This document shows, piece after piece, positions 51,946 through 64,000 of a DNA stretch of 64,000 nt (position 1 is the first letter of the stretch; every line of letters begins with the position of its first letter). The stretch lies in assembly GCF_006345805.1 (NCBI RefSeq), contig NC_042999.1, positions 80,476,001 through 80,540,000 of the forward strand, given 5' to 3'. The notes under the pieces were generated by a model. The model had not been told where the DNA came from. It saw only the letters and a list, made by a program, of their open reading frames with translations, and made no database searches. The position numbers were made by a program, and so were the translations under genes. Source of the DNA: Octopus sinensis (lineage: Eukaryota).

Positions 51946-53378
51946 ACCAGTACTATCCTTATCGGCAGAGGATGCCACAGTTACACCCATCTCTACTTGT
52001 AGGAATCCATTTATTCTACCTCTTTTACCATCTCTATCTTTTTTATCGATGATATCACACTGCCACTAAATCTGTCTTGGAGAAAAAATCGTAACCTTAT
52101 TTTCTAAACAACTCAACAACAACAAGGCCGAAAGGAAGCAACTCAGAAATTTCCTTAGAAATATCCGTTACTATTCTCCGCTGTGATATGAATAAAATAG
52201 CCCCATGAAGTACCTGAAATCTACCGCTATTCTCTATTAAAGAAATTATGTCTATTGTGAACTTGTTCTCCTGTTCGCCTTTCAGAAGTACATGAGTGTC
52301 AAAAGTATCTCACTGCTAATAATCCTCCTAATATTTAATTCAACCTTGCCAAAGTTCTTCACTATTCTAATGGTGTATAATGCAGCCCCGAATATAACGC
52401 AAGCCCTTGTAAGAACAATGCTGTTCCAGTTGCTTCTTACAAGTAGGCATTCGTAGAGAATAAAACTTAACAACCGTGACCATATCCTGCAGTTCAATTA
52501 AAATCTCTTTGTTTCCAGAAACGAAGCGTTTTCAAACCAAGAGAACTCCTCTTTAGCAAAAGAATTTAGGAAAAAAGCATTCTATTAGTAACACATCATA
52601 AACCCCTACTGTCACCGTAACACACAACGTACTTTCAGAGTACGATACAAGAAGCAATGCAAGCACTTCCTGCTAAAATATCAAAGGCAGCATTGTAGTT
52701 ATCGATCCACAAAACTATTCACCATTGTTAAAAGAACCTTGTGGCTCTTTTGAATCGAATATACATTGCTAAGTTTGATGAGTTAAGTGAGACTCAATCG
52801 TTTCAGTGCTTATATTATCACTAAAAATATACACTATGAGGTAAGAATTTAGAGTTGTATCAATTTTGCTATGACCAATTTAATGATTATATTTACTGAT
52901 ACGTTCAAGCAGTACGAATGTGCATTCGATATAGGGAATTTTCATGTAGGCGGATAAGATTTGGATTATGAAGTTAAAGGGAAATCGAAATATGGATTTT
53001 TAAATTACTAACAAGACACAGCTTTTGAGGAAAAAGAGCAATTATGCGACAACTCTTGCAACTGATTCTTTTCAACTATGAGTAATGAAAGGTAAGGATG
53101 GAAATCAGATCATAAAAAATCTTATATAAGTACCATAAAATATTTAGAATACTATTCAAGAGTTTTCTCTACGTTACACCTTTGGAGGTATTAATTCTTA
53201 AACGTAACGAAAAAGTCAGCAACTTAGATAGAGGAAATGTTTAAACACGATGCCCCCTAGCATACAACTACGCTATTTCGATTTACAGTTCATGAAGTTA
53301 AAATGCATTTGATTGTTTCCCTTTAATCTTTAAGATTCACGGAAGGTGCTTTTATCTATGTTGATACTGGCGTCAATT

Positions 53379-53858
53379 AAGGTGGCGAGCTGGCAAAATC
53401 ATTAACGAGCCTGGAAAATGCTTAGCGGCATTTTTCCGTCTTTATGTTCCGAATTCAAATGTTACCGGTGTCGACTTTAATTTTCATCCTTTTAGCATCA
53501 ATAAAATAAGTACATCTGAACACTAGTAAAACGGTAAAGTTACCTTCTCGAGTCATGCAGACTTATAAGTGTGGGTTAACCGGTTTCATGGCATATAAAT
53601 TCTCCACTTGAACTGGACGCCGATCCGTCGGAGGATTGCTCATTTTTCCAGCTGAGTGTAATGGAGCAACGTGAAATGTGGTGTTTTGCTCAAGAACACA
53701 GCGCGTCGTCCGATCCAGAAATCGAAACCACAATCGTACAATTAAGAATCCAACACCGTAACCGCTAGACTACGCGCCGCCACACAGTTGAACACTGGGG
53801 TCGACGAAATCAAATTACCCCATTCCCCTGACTTGCTGGCCTTGTGCCAACCGGAAAC
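53379..53858 (+). mobile_element. SINE (family of 6508-6871) interrupted by a second SINE
   Basis: Head at 53379, core up to 53526, resumes at 53784. Confidence 0.75.
53527..53783 (-). mobile_element. tRNA-derived SINE nested in opposite orientation
   Basis: Reverse complement GGCGCGTAGTCTAGCGGTT (A-box)...GTGGTTTCGATTTC (B-box)...GTGTTCTTGAGCAAAACAC; imperfect 15-bp TSD ACATCTGAACACTAG / ACAGTTGAACACTGG. Confidence 0.78.
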
Positions 53859-54745
53859 TAAAAAGTGGTGATAATTTCAGTTCGAAGCTTAACTACTATT
53901 ATTATAACTACTATTATTCTTTCGATGACTTTCCCTATATCCTTGAAACAATTTTGATCCAAACATAATATACCAAGTTTTTTTTTTATCTCACTGCCTT
54001 GTGAGTTAAAAATGCTCAAAGACCAGACTCCAATGAACTCCACTTTCTTTTCATATTCATGTTAGCCAGATCGTCTCGAAACCAATGTTTTGGACACGCA
54101 CTGAACTTCTCTCTAAGTAATTCGATTTTGAATTTCCCCATTTATAAGTGCAGCAACACAAAATGAAAAATATTTCTAATATCAGCCTGGACTGACTAAC
54201 AATTTACGTGTAGTGTATTGGCTCTCGCTGATGCAGCCAAAAACTTGTTTCCATGCAATCTACTGATTATATATAAAAGTTACTGACTACATAAATTTAC
54301 ACTTAAATAAAATGCGGCTCTTTTTTCAAGTCAAATTTTGTATTCATTTATTCGTACATCATACCGCACTATAGCACACTGACTGTATACAGCGATTGGT
54401 GATTGTATTGGACATCAATGATCGAGAACATATTATTATGTCGTACTTGCAGTTTCGATCTAATATATCACACTATAATTTCCTTTCGTTTTACTTCAAG
54501 TAGGTTCATTTCATGACAGAGTTTAAACTAATTTATTGTTACGTTTTTTTTTTATCTCACTGGCTTACCAGAATCAATAACGAAATCATGAAATTCACAT
54601 TCTGTATTGGTTGAAATCCTGCAGTATTTTGCAGTACTACTTAACATCTAAAATAGAAGAAAACAATATATGTAACGTAGGGTCCCGTGATGGTAGAATC
54701 AACAGAATAATATTTTATCCGGTGATATATGTATATATATATATA

Positions 54746-54791
<46 letters not shown>

Positions 54792-56559
54792 ATATACACA
54801 TACAATTGATATAACCAGCGGTTTGCAATGTTACACCAAAGAGAAGAATTACAAATGTCACTGACTGCGACTAGGGTGTTAGACAACGCCTACATTGCTA
54901 GAAATAAAAGCTAAAACGCTCTAATGCTGTTGTTAAACGCACATGAATGAAAACATACACAAACGGGCACCATAATCGTCCGAAAAGTGCCGACCGAGAA
55001 TTCTTCATACTGACGCGTAATTTTCAGCAATTTTCGTTGCCTCGGCTTCGGCCTTTTCCGGACTCGCTTCGCCATTAGTATTTATGTTTTCATCATCCAA
55101 ATAATTAGCAATTCGCTAATGTGTATGTATAAAATTAATATGAACAGCAGTTTGCCATGTTTCAGCAAAAAGGAGAATTCCATAAAGTTAATATGAACAG
55201 CAGTTTAAGTATTTCAAATGGTCTGCTCCTTTTTCGTTATCATTATCCGTAAAGAACAGGGACTCTTACATAATGCACTCATTTATAACATTCAATAAGT
55301 TTCTTAAGATGTAATGTCGGATCTATTTGAGATGTAATGGATCTATTCTTAAGATATAATTTTGTCGGATCTATTTGAGTATTTCTTACAACGCATCTGA
55401 TCTTGTAACATACATATTTCATACGTATGGCGCTATAACCTGCTTCACAGCTTCATTCTATTTCCTCTTTTCAATGACAAAATGCTTTAAAATTCACATT
55501 TTGTTCATGCTGACTACTTATTAATCCTTCGAGGTAAATATTTTGTGGTGAAAAGAACTCCAAGTCTCGTCGGTAAAATATGTCCCAGACATGTTTCTGG
55601 GTAAATTCAAGCAAATGTGTATGATCTTGAGTATTGTCGATGTAACACATCGTTGTATGTATACGTTTAATTTTCATTTGTAGAACTGGACTGAATCATC
55701 CAAAGTCCCTTCAATGTATGTTTAATTAAAGAATCTATTTCGAGTATTACTTTCTAAGAATTACAAAAACTTACTTTAAGAGGTTAAACTAATTAATGAT
55801 GTTTGACATTGAGAGCATACGATTCATATTTAAAGTGCTTATGTTTAGGCTTAAGATGGTCACTTTGAATGTACCCATAACTTTTGAAAGGGTTCCATTT
55901 AATGGCTTAACTGAAGCTGGAAAATTCTTGTAGAACATTAAGACAGATCAGAAGATCATTTGTTGTTTTGAACAATCTCTTATGCATAGTTCTTCATATT
56001 TTAACGAATGCTATACATAGATTACATTAAAGAATGCTATACATACCTTATCAAAGTGTAAGAGGAACAATTTTGATTTTTAATATCCTATAGTGATTCA
56101 TTTTGGTTAAAACGTTATGCCAGCATTGTGCTTTCTTTTCTTGACATATATTGTCATTGATATCTTAGAATCTATTGCTTCAATGCCATGAAAATATTCT
56201 CAAGTATTAAAGGTTTGTCATTCAAGGAAGTAAACTGCCATAAAGCAACGCAAGAGATACGTTTTATCTCTTAATTCCTCGATTAATAATTTAAATGACA
56301 AATACAACATTGACCAGCACTATCTCATCTTTCTGTGAATTAATTTTATACATATTGATAAATATATGAATTGGCTTAAGGTTTGGGAAATACAATATAA
56401 AATCTAATGATTCGCTCGAGATTGCAGACACATTTAGAAAAACATCAAACTACTTCAGTTTTAATAACTTCGTATTGATTTTTATCCAAATTGCTAACCC
56501 ATCATTGGTCAAAGTTTATAATATATCAATAGGCTGAACCTGAATACTTTATGTTAACA

Positions 56560-57525
56560 TTATTAAGTTCATCCGTCTTGAATCTGAAGACGACAAGGTA
56601 ATCATATTTAGACAGTGTGTCGTCTTATGTGGTTTATTAGACTAATTTTGGCCAAACTCCGCAGTTACGTAAAAGTAGAATCAGGACACTATGAAACTTT
56701 TCGTCTCCTTGTTGCCCTTTAGTCTTTCTGCATACTCCTCTGGTCATATCAGATTCAGATTGCCGTACTCCAGAGTACACAATATTTAACCAGCGTGAGA
56801 TGCTTCCAAGTAGACTGCTCTAAGTTACAGTTGTCTTGATCGTGTCTTTGGATTTTTTCTTTGGTCCACCATGTTACCGAGAGCTAGCAACTAGTTCACC
56901 AAAGAAATTTTTGTGGGAATCTAAATTCGGGAATGCGTGTTTCATATCTACCCCACTTCATGGAATTTGCTCAGGAATGTATCTCCTTGATATAATAGTT
57001 ATGTGGAACATAGTTGTATTAGGAATTTTACACTGCCACACCGGCCGTTAAGAATTTTTCGCGGATATTTTGGGTGAAATTAATTTTTTGCCATGTTTTT
57101 AAGAAAGTATTCAGGTCTCACACCTATTATGTGAATGTAGTGTAGCCTCCATATCAGCTTTGTATTTATCAACATCTCTTTCATAGTCAGACCAAGTCTT
57201 TTCTAACATGCCGAAAGCAGGGCTGGTTTTGCTACCCTTGCATACACTTCATAATCAATGTGAATACTCCTTGTGACAGTGCTCATCCAAGGTAAGGGAA
57301 TCTCTTTGTATTTTAGAGTAGTTGAATGTTGACTGTCAGAAGAGGTCCAATATAAGATTTTCCGGGAGCTTGCCTCCGGTGTTTTTGTTACTCTTTCTAC
57401 AGCCGACGTTATCCCAAGATGTAGTTAAGTTGTGTAAGCTCTATTGAAAACCTGCATTAGAGTTTGCATCCAGAGCATAATCATCCCCCAAAACAGTTAA
57501 ACCTTGTGGGTTAACGTTTTGCTTT
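56560..57525 (-). mobile_element. Decayed RTE-clade LINE, RT C-terminal half
   Basis: LTVLGDDYALDA (FADD-like), STVTRSIHIDYEV..RVAK..AFG.L, CET*I, RIP...FGEL....R..GGPKK..KD across frameshifts. Confidence 0.7.
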
Positions 57526-58388
57526 GTGACAGTTAACGTTATACTGATAACTATCATATCTGTATCTGTTCTTGATTCCGGGTGTTACATACACCCAATT
57601 ATTGAATGAAATTAAATCAAGTACCAATAAAGTAGTAATATTTTTTTTTGCATAATAAGAGGAAGTGCGGCTCCAATTACACAGTGAAGGGCCTCAGGTA
57701 TTGGCACGAAGAAGTTATTCGTAAACTAGAAAGCTTCTTGCAGTTAACTAAAGACAGTGTGGTGGTTTTCGTGTGAGTTACGTATCATAACGCTGAAGAA
57801 GAGTTCAGCTTGTGCAGTTTCCGACAACTAAATTACTCACAAACACAAACATAACACACAGACATACATAGATACACACAGAGGCATGTACACAAAATAT
57901 GTATTCATATGTACATGATATACTGACATACACGTCGGTATTTCATCAGCGACATATTAATTTCTTAAACAATCAACAGCACACTATAATATATAAAATC
58001 CATGTCTGTAACTAGATACTCAGTACTGCTCTAGTAGGAAGTAAGTATCTATAAATTCTACTTACCGAAGATTTGTTTTTTAATTAAAATGTATTCGGTT
58101 CAATAGACAGATCATTTTCAAAGTACTCTTTGAATATTATCTTCCATATTGAGGATGAAATTGTTATGCAATAATTTTATAAAAGCGCGTGCCTAATGCA
58201 CAGTACAACAGATTATGTATTAATCATGCTACTCATAGTTTTGTTGTATAGACGATATATACAAACTTACATAACTATATAAATATATACATATATATGT
58301 ATATATATGTATCTATATAGATATAAATGTGTATAAAAATACATGGACATATAAACATATGCCTACATGTACATATGCATGTACATGC

Positions 58389-58423
<35 letters not shown>

Positions 58424-58535
58424 ATATATATTTATACAAACATACACATATATGCGTGTATATAATATATATATATATATATAATATATGTATATATATA
58501 AAACTTATATCTATAGAGAGAGAGAAAGACAGAGA

Positions 58536-58583
<48 letters not shown>

Positions 58584-58799
58584 ATAAAATATGGTATTAA
58601 ATCTGTACTCCTTTATTACACATGTAATCCCTGATAATCTCTCATTGCAGTTATTATATGAAAAAGAAAAAAAACAGAAGCATCCTGTATTACACAACTC
58701 GCAGAAATAAAATTACGTTACTAAGCTGACCTGTTCAAATGTTGTAGCAGCAAAGTATGGTGAATTAAAAAAAAAAAAAAGAAAGAGAAATGTGAATAT

Positions 58800-58960
58800 G
58801 TAGGCAGAGGTGTGGTAAGATGTTTGCTTACCATACACAAGGTTCCATGTTCATTCCCAGTGCTTGACACATTGGACATGGGCCTACAACTAAGGACTCA
58901 GGCCAAACAAAGCCTTGTGAGTGTATTGGTAGGCAGAAACAGAAAGGAGCTCATCATAAA
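58800..58960 (+). mobile_element. 5' half of tRNA-derived SINE (family of 63110-63509)
   Basis: GTGTGGTAAGATGTTTGCTTACCATACACAAGGTTCC...AAGCCTTGTGAGTG. Confidence 0.6.
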
Positions 58961-58998
58961 TATGTATATGTATATGCATATGTATATGTATATGTATT

Positions 58999-59065
<67 letters not shown>

Positions 59066-59144
59066 ATATATATATGTATATATGTATGTATATATATATA
59101 TATACACACACGCACACACACACTCACACAAATATATGTATACA

Positions 59145-59184
<40 letters not shown>

Positions 59185-59185
59185 C

Positions 59186-59387
59186 ATAGTGAGAATTTAC
59201 AAAAAGAAAGATAAAACAAACGACGAAAACGGGTGCGTAAACAACAAGCAGCTGTATTAGTTTAACGCTCGGGAAGTGAGAAAGTGTTTTAGGTTTCGAG
59301 CCTAAATTCTTCGACAGAAAGGAACAAGGAAATAAACACAGAGAGAAAACAGAAAAAGGTTTCGTGGCTAGCGATAAATCATGGCGG

Positions 59388-59388
<1 letters not shown>
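59186..59388 (-). mobile_element. Solo PLE tail related to 59447-59700, with decayed hammerhead at 59287-59320
   Basis: TTT CTGTCGA A GAAT-TTAG-GCTC GAAA CC TA AAA, in a context homologous to the adjacent tail; bounded by (TA)n. Confidence 0.6.
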
Positions 59389-59447
<59 letters not shown>

Positions 59448-59543
59448 CGGGAAGCTTTATGAAAATAGACAAAAGACGAAGGCAGGTGGAAACAAACAAA
59501 CAATTGTATTAGTATGGCGTTCAGGAAATATCAATAAAACAAG

Positions 59544-59581
59544 TCTTTAACGTTTCGAGCCTACGCTCTTCAACAGAAAGA
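59544..59581 (-). ncRNA. Minimal type I hammerhead variant (CUGUUGA core) in the PLE tail
   Basis: TCTTT CTGTTGA A GAGC-GTAG-GCTC GAAA CG TT AAAGA: perfect 5-bp stem I, 4-bp stem II, palindromic ACGT stem III. Confidence 0.72.
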
Positions 59582-59760
59582 TACACAGAGAGAAAAAACA
59601 CAGAAAGAAGGAGAGAAAAAAATGCGTGCAGTAACTAACGAACCAACATGGCGATCTGATTTCGGCCAGAAGTCAAAGATCAAACATGAGACGCGAGAGC
59701 GAAATTAGGGGAGATAATAGGGTTGAGTGACCAGCTCCAACATAAGGGTGTGTGTGTGTA

Positions 59761-60110
59761 TGAGAGAGTATTAGTGCGTATGAAGGTCTGGACGTGTGTA
59801 TGTATAGGGTTGGTGTATGTATTAGTATGTATTAGTATGTATAAGGGTGTGTGTGTGTGTGTGTGGTGTATGAGAGAGTATTAGTGCGTATGAGAGGTCT
59901 GGACGTGTGTATGTATAGGGTTGGTGTATGTATTAGTATGTATTAGTATGTATTAGTACGTATTAATATGTATAAGGATGTGTGTGTGTGTGTGTGTGTA
60001 TGAGAGAGTATTAGTGCGTATGAGAGGTCTGGACGTGTGTATGTATAGGGTTGGTGTATGTATTAGTATGTATTAGTATGTATTAGTATGTATTAGTTGG
60101 TGTAAGTATT
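59761..60110. repeat. Three-unit minisatellite (periods 110 and 130 bp) inside the PLE 3' UTR
   Basis: TGAGAGAGTATTAGTGCGTATGA(G)AGGTCTGGACGTG starts at 59761, 59871 and 60001. Confidence 0.9.
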
Positions 60111-61625
60111 AGTATGGCACATCATATATGATATGATGTGTAAAGTCGTGTGGTGTAGTGTGGAGAGAGGAGAAGAGGGGGAGGGGGAGAAAAGGGGGAG
60201 GAGAGGAGGGAGAGAGGGGGATAAGGAAGGGGAGTAGGAGGGGAGGAGGAAGGAGAAAGAGGGAGAGGGGGAGAGAGAAGGGGAGTGAGGGAGCAGAGGG
60301 AAGGGGAAGAGGGAAGGAGGGAGGGAGAAAGAGGGAAGAAGGGAAGGGGAGTAGGGGTGAAAGGATGAAGGACTGAAGAAGTAGGGGTCGGGGGAAAAGG
60401 TAGGTGAGGAGGGGGGAGAGGGGGGTTAGATGAGGAGGGGGGAGAGTTGAGACCAAATGGCGTATAAGAGCGAAGAGAGAAGATTAATTCCTGTTCACGG
60501 CGCACACGGGAATCCGGATGGCCTCTGTGTAAGGACAAACCGAACACAGATAGGTGTTGCAAGGAGTGACCGGTAGAGCGGAAATGGCGAGAGACCAGTG
60601 TGTCGTTCGCAAGGTGGATGTCACGAAGGTGTTCCGCGAACCGGTCAGCCAAGCCGCGTCCCGTTTGTCCGATGTACAAGGAATGGCAGAGAGAGCAAGA
60701 GACGCAATAGATAATATTGCTGGAGGTGCAGGTGAAGGAGTGGATGATGGGATAGAGTCGATGATGGGTGCTAGTGAGGAGGGTGGTGTTGGAGAGGTAA
60801 GGGCAAGTGCGGCAACGTGGGCGGGAGCAGGGGAACGAGCCGGGTTGGGAGGTAGGGTCAGGGAAGGAGCTATGGACCAAAAGGTCTCGAAGGTTGTGGG
60901 CTCGTTTGAAAGAGGGGAGAGTCGGTTAGGGAAGAGGTTTGAAGTGGACGGGTCGGACTGGAGATGACGGAAAGCTCGAAGAATGGTGCGCTGGAGAGGT
61001 AGGGTCGTGGGGTGGTAAGTGAGGGGAAAAGGGAGGCGGGAGACTACAGGGCGGGTTCGGGGAGAGAGAGCAGATACACGGTCCACGGACCGTGCTCTGG
61101 CAAGGGCGGTGTGGATAGTGGTGAGGGGGTATCCACGTAGGGTGAAGTGGTGAGCCATACGTTAAGACTGAGTCTCAAAGTCATGGTCGTCACTACAGAG
61201 CCTACGTAGACGGAGGAATTGGGAATAGGGGATGGAAAGCTTGGTGTGTTCTGGGTGGGAGGAAGAGAAGTCTCTAAATTCTTTATATTAACTACACTAA
61301 CCGATAGATTAAGTACAAGGCTTCAAAATAAATGTCTTAGGGTGTATTTCTTCGACTAAACCCTTTAAGATGGTGCCCCGGCATGGCCGTAGTCAAATGA
61401 TTGATGGAAGTAGAAGATAAAAGATAACAGATGTATATATAAATATATATGTATATATATATATATGTATGCATATATAAATATATATGTATATATATAT
61501 GTGTATGCATAATATGACGGTAAATAATTATTAATTTTAAAATCAACAATTATTTCCGGGTAGATTTCGGTATGGAAATATAACCATTATCGATAGGAAC
61601 TTTTTAAAAATGTTATATATATATA

Positions 61626-61675
<50 letters not shown>

Positions 61676-61825
61676 AAATATATATGTACTTATAAATATA
61701 TATGCATATATATACATGTATACATATATATATAAGTACCTATATATATATGTATATATATATATGTACATTGGTAAAAAATCAAAGTAGAAAATGTTAA
61801 AATAATTTCATAAAAAACATTTCAG

Positions 61826-61878
61826 AAAAATATGGAACGCTTCAAGAGTTTGCGTGTCATCCTTGCGCAGGGGCCATT

Positions 61879-61910
<32 letters not shown>

Positions 61911-61930
61911 AATGTACTGCCGAAGCAAGT
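61826..61930 (-). pseudogene. U6: U6 snRNA pseudogene, near full length (about nt 3-107)
   Basis: ACTTGCTTCGGCAGTACATTTACTAAAATTGGAACGATACAGAGAAGATTAGAATGGCCCCTGCGCAAGGATGACACGCAAACTCTTGAAGCGTTCCATATTTTT; ACAGAGA box intact, AGC triad changed to AGA, no promoter upstream. Confidence 0.93.
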
Positions 61931-61951
61931 TCCAATTTTAGATATGTACTG

Positions 61952-61994
61952 GCGCAAGGATGACACGCAAATTCATGAAGCGTTCCATATTTTT
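61952..61994 (+). pseudogene. U6: U6 snRNA 3' fragment in inverted orientation
   Basis: GCGCAAGGATGACACGCAAATTCATGAAGCGTTCCATATTTTT. Confidence 0.9.
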
Positions 61995-62085
61995 CTGAAA
62001 TATTTTTTATAAAATTATTTTAGCATTTTCTACCTTGACTTTTTTCCATATATATCAAATCGTGTCTTCCTTTTCAACCTTCTAC

Positions 62086-62157
<72 letters not shown>

Positions 62158-63109
62158 TTTTAAAAGTCTTTGCAAAAATTACTTGATATAACTTTACAAA
62201 CTATAGAAAGGTCCTTTTAGAAGATCTTTTTATAAAAAAAAAGCTCTAAATTCTTTATAATAACTACACTAACCTATAGATTAAGTACAAGGCTTCAAAA
62301 TAAATGTCTTAGGGTGTATTTCTTCGACTAAACCCTTTAAGATGGTGCCCCGGCATGGCCGTAGTCAAATGATTGATGGAAGTAGAAGATAAAAGATAAC
62401 AGATGTATATATAAAGTATGAAGTAAGCCTCTGTTTGTATGGCATTAAATCTATTATAACGCATCCATCAAAAAATTGCACATAGTCATGGCAGCGCCTC
62501 AGGATTACACAATGTTTATTATTTCAACATCATGTGCGTAAATATAAAGATTATGGGACCTGTTAATTTCCTTCTACATAAAATTGGCCATTAGCAAAAC
62601 AGTATTCCTCAAGATTCAGTCCAATAACAGTCAACGTTTGTCCTTAGGATTTATTGATTTATATGCCAAAGCATTGATATTCTGGGAATTGGCGATATAT
62701 ATCTGGAAAAGGAACATCTGTTGTTATTCGTAGAATTCTCAGTATAAATGTATGCTTTGTTAGCTGCATTAAGTCACAATAAAACTCTGGATGACGTGTG
62801 ATATAGGCTTTTCCCACATCGAACCTTTGCTAGTGCATAACTGCCCAGCAAACAAATACTATAATGATTGTCTCCTGAACGTTGTGAATTTTGGTTAATT
62901 TTCAGGAAATCAATGAAAATCGAAACCCCCTTAAATCATCCTTTTCTCAAAAAATTGTACATTAATGATTTTCATGTAGTTAGGTTGAGCAAAACCATTA
63001 TATTTTTATTTTCGCGGCAAGGGCTGATTGCGAATTTATCTGTGTATTTTCTTTCCATGAAACTAGACATCGTTTTAACTTGAGCAAGGTTACCTTCAGC
63101 AAAGTTACT

Positions 63110-63509
63110 CTTTTACTTGTTTCAGTCATTTGACTGCGGCCATGCTGGAGCACCGCCTTTAGTCGAGCAAATCAACCCTGGGACTTATTCTTTGTAAGCC
63201 CAGTACTTATTATATCGGTCTCTTTTGCCGAATCGCTAAATGACGGGGACGTAAACACACCAGTATTGGTTGTCAAGCAATGCTAGGGGGACAAACACCG
63301 ACAAACACACACACGCATAAATATATATATATATACATATATACGACAGGCTTCTTTCAGTTTCCGTCTACCAGATCCACTCACAAGGCATTGGTCGGCC
63401 CGGGGCTATAGCAGAAGACACTTGCCCAAGATGCCACGCAGTGGGACTGAACCCGGAACCATGTGGTTGGTTAGCAAGCTACTTACCACACAGCCAATCC
63501 TGCGCCTAT
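63110..63509 (-). mobile_element. Full-length tRNA-derived SINE
   Basis: Reverse complement ATAGGCGCAGGATTGGCTGTGTGGTAAGTAGCTTGCTAACCAACCACATGGTTCCGGGTTCAGTCCC (A and B boxes), internal (TA/TG)n, tail GACTGAAACAAGTAAAAG. Octopus tRNA-derived SINE families are known; exact family not assignable by eye. Confidence 0.85.
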
Positions 63510-63844
63510 CAATATTTATGCCATATCTGAAGCAGATTGGATGACCCGCCATATTTTAATATGACGAAAATTCGGTAAAATGTCTGGATGTTTTAGATAT
63601 ACAATGTCTTATTGTTAGATAATTCTTTAGCAAGTTATGTACGAAACTTGTCTTTTTATAGTTAACGTATATTTCGACTTTGTTTATCTGAGAGATATGA
63701 AAACCTGAACTTTCCATTGAAAGGCGAGTTTATAGACGGAAGTATGTTGATGCGTAAAAATTATGCACTCTACCAGTAGTACCACCAAATCTTATGTCAA
63801 GCTAACCTTCAGCCGGCACACTCTGCACTCTTTGACTTCGTTAT

Positions 63845-64000
63845 TTATTATTTATTATCTAGTGTGATAGTATCTCGACTTCGTCGGTAACGAATGACCA
63901 TAGATGCATCTAAGAGGTTCCCCTCCGGGGTACCAGTCTAGGCGGAAAGTCGCCTCACAGGCGAACGCACAATCTAGAGTTATTTTTATGGAAGATCAGC
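63845..64000 (-). mobile_element. Possible RTE-like LINE 3' terminus
   Basis: ATGGTCATTCGTTACCGACGAAGTCGAG followed by a short (ATA)n tail; coding similarity is weak. Confidence 0.3.

Larger units (their letters stand above)
59447..61273 (-). mobile_element. 5'-truncated Penelope-like element (Neptune-type Cys-rich linker): RT thumb, GIY-YIG endonuclease, 3' tail
   Basis: DFSSSHPEHTKLSIPYSQFLRLRRLCSDD...PCSRPRCRTC...FTCTSSNIIYCVSCSLCHSLYIGQTGR.LADRFAEH...SRHF...REQELIFSLRSYTPFGLN; stop at 61162-61164 and 1-nt deletion near 60921. Confidence 0.93.
61272..62415 (+). repeat. 172-bp direct repeat pair (61272-61443 and 62244-62415), 2 mismatches
   Basis: Base-by-base comparison; includes a diverged SINE tail plus non-SINE flank. 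Confidence 0.92.

Noticed and set aside
55880-56300. Possible Helitron helicase remnant (GIEAID-like peptide)
   Set aside because: One short motif with no neighbouring helicase motifs.
61826-61930. Functional U6 gene
   Set aside because: First two nucleotides missing, catalytic AGC changed to AGA, and the upstream region is a rearranged U6 fragment rather than a PSE/TATA promoter.

Overview
AT-rich, microsatellite-saturated non-coding eukaryotic DNA. The repeat content (tRNA-derived SINEs, (TA)n/(CA)n/(TAA)n arrays) resembles a coleoid cephalopod, probably Octopus; this is an inference, not a database result. I recognised no host protein-coding exon, real tRNA/rRNA gene or CRISPR array, and most listed ORFs are microsatellite artefacts. 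The window is a transposon graveyard: several R4/Dong-like REL non-LTR fragments tied to (TAA)n repeats, a Penelope-like element (PLE) with GIY-YIG endonuclease plus several PLE tails, a decayed Ty3/Gypsy element with its 3' LTR, an RTE LINE fragment, three mariner remnants, a mariner MITE, a maT (DD37D) fragment and many SINEs. Best leads: (i) nine type I hammerhead-ribozyme-like motifs from several families, including a core variant with U at position 6 in two related copies and one orphan with an intact core; (ii) a foldback element built from U6 snRNA sequence plus its 3' flank, lying between two near-identical 172-bp direct repeats that abut the PLE 5' junction; (iii) a (TAA)n array hosting four different retro-derived inserts; (iv) a spacer-less 240-bp palindrome; (v) a dimeric SINE with a perfect 21-bp target-site duplication.
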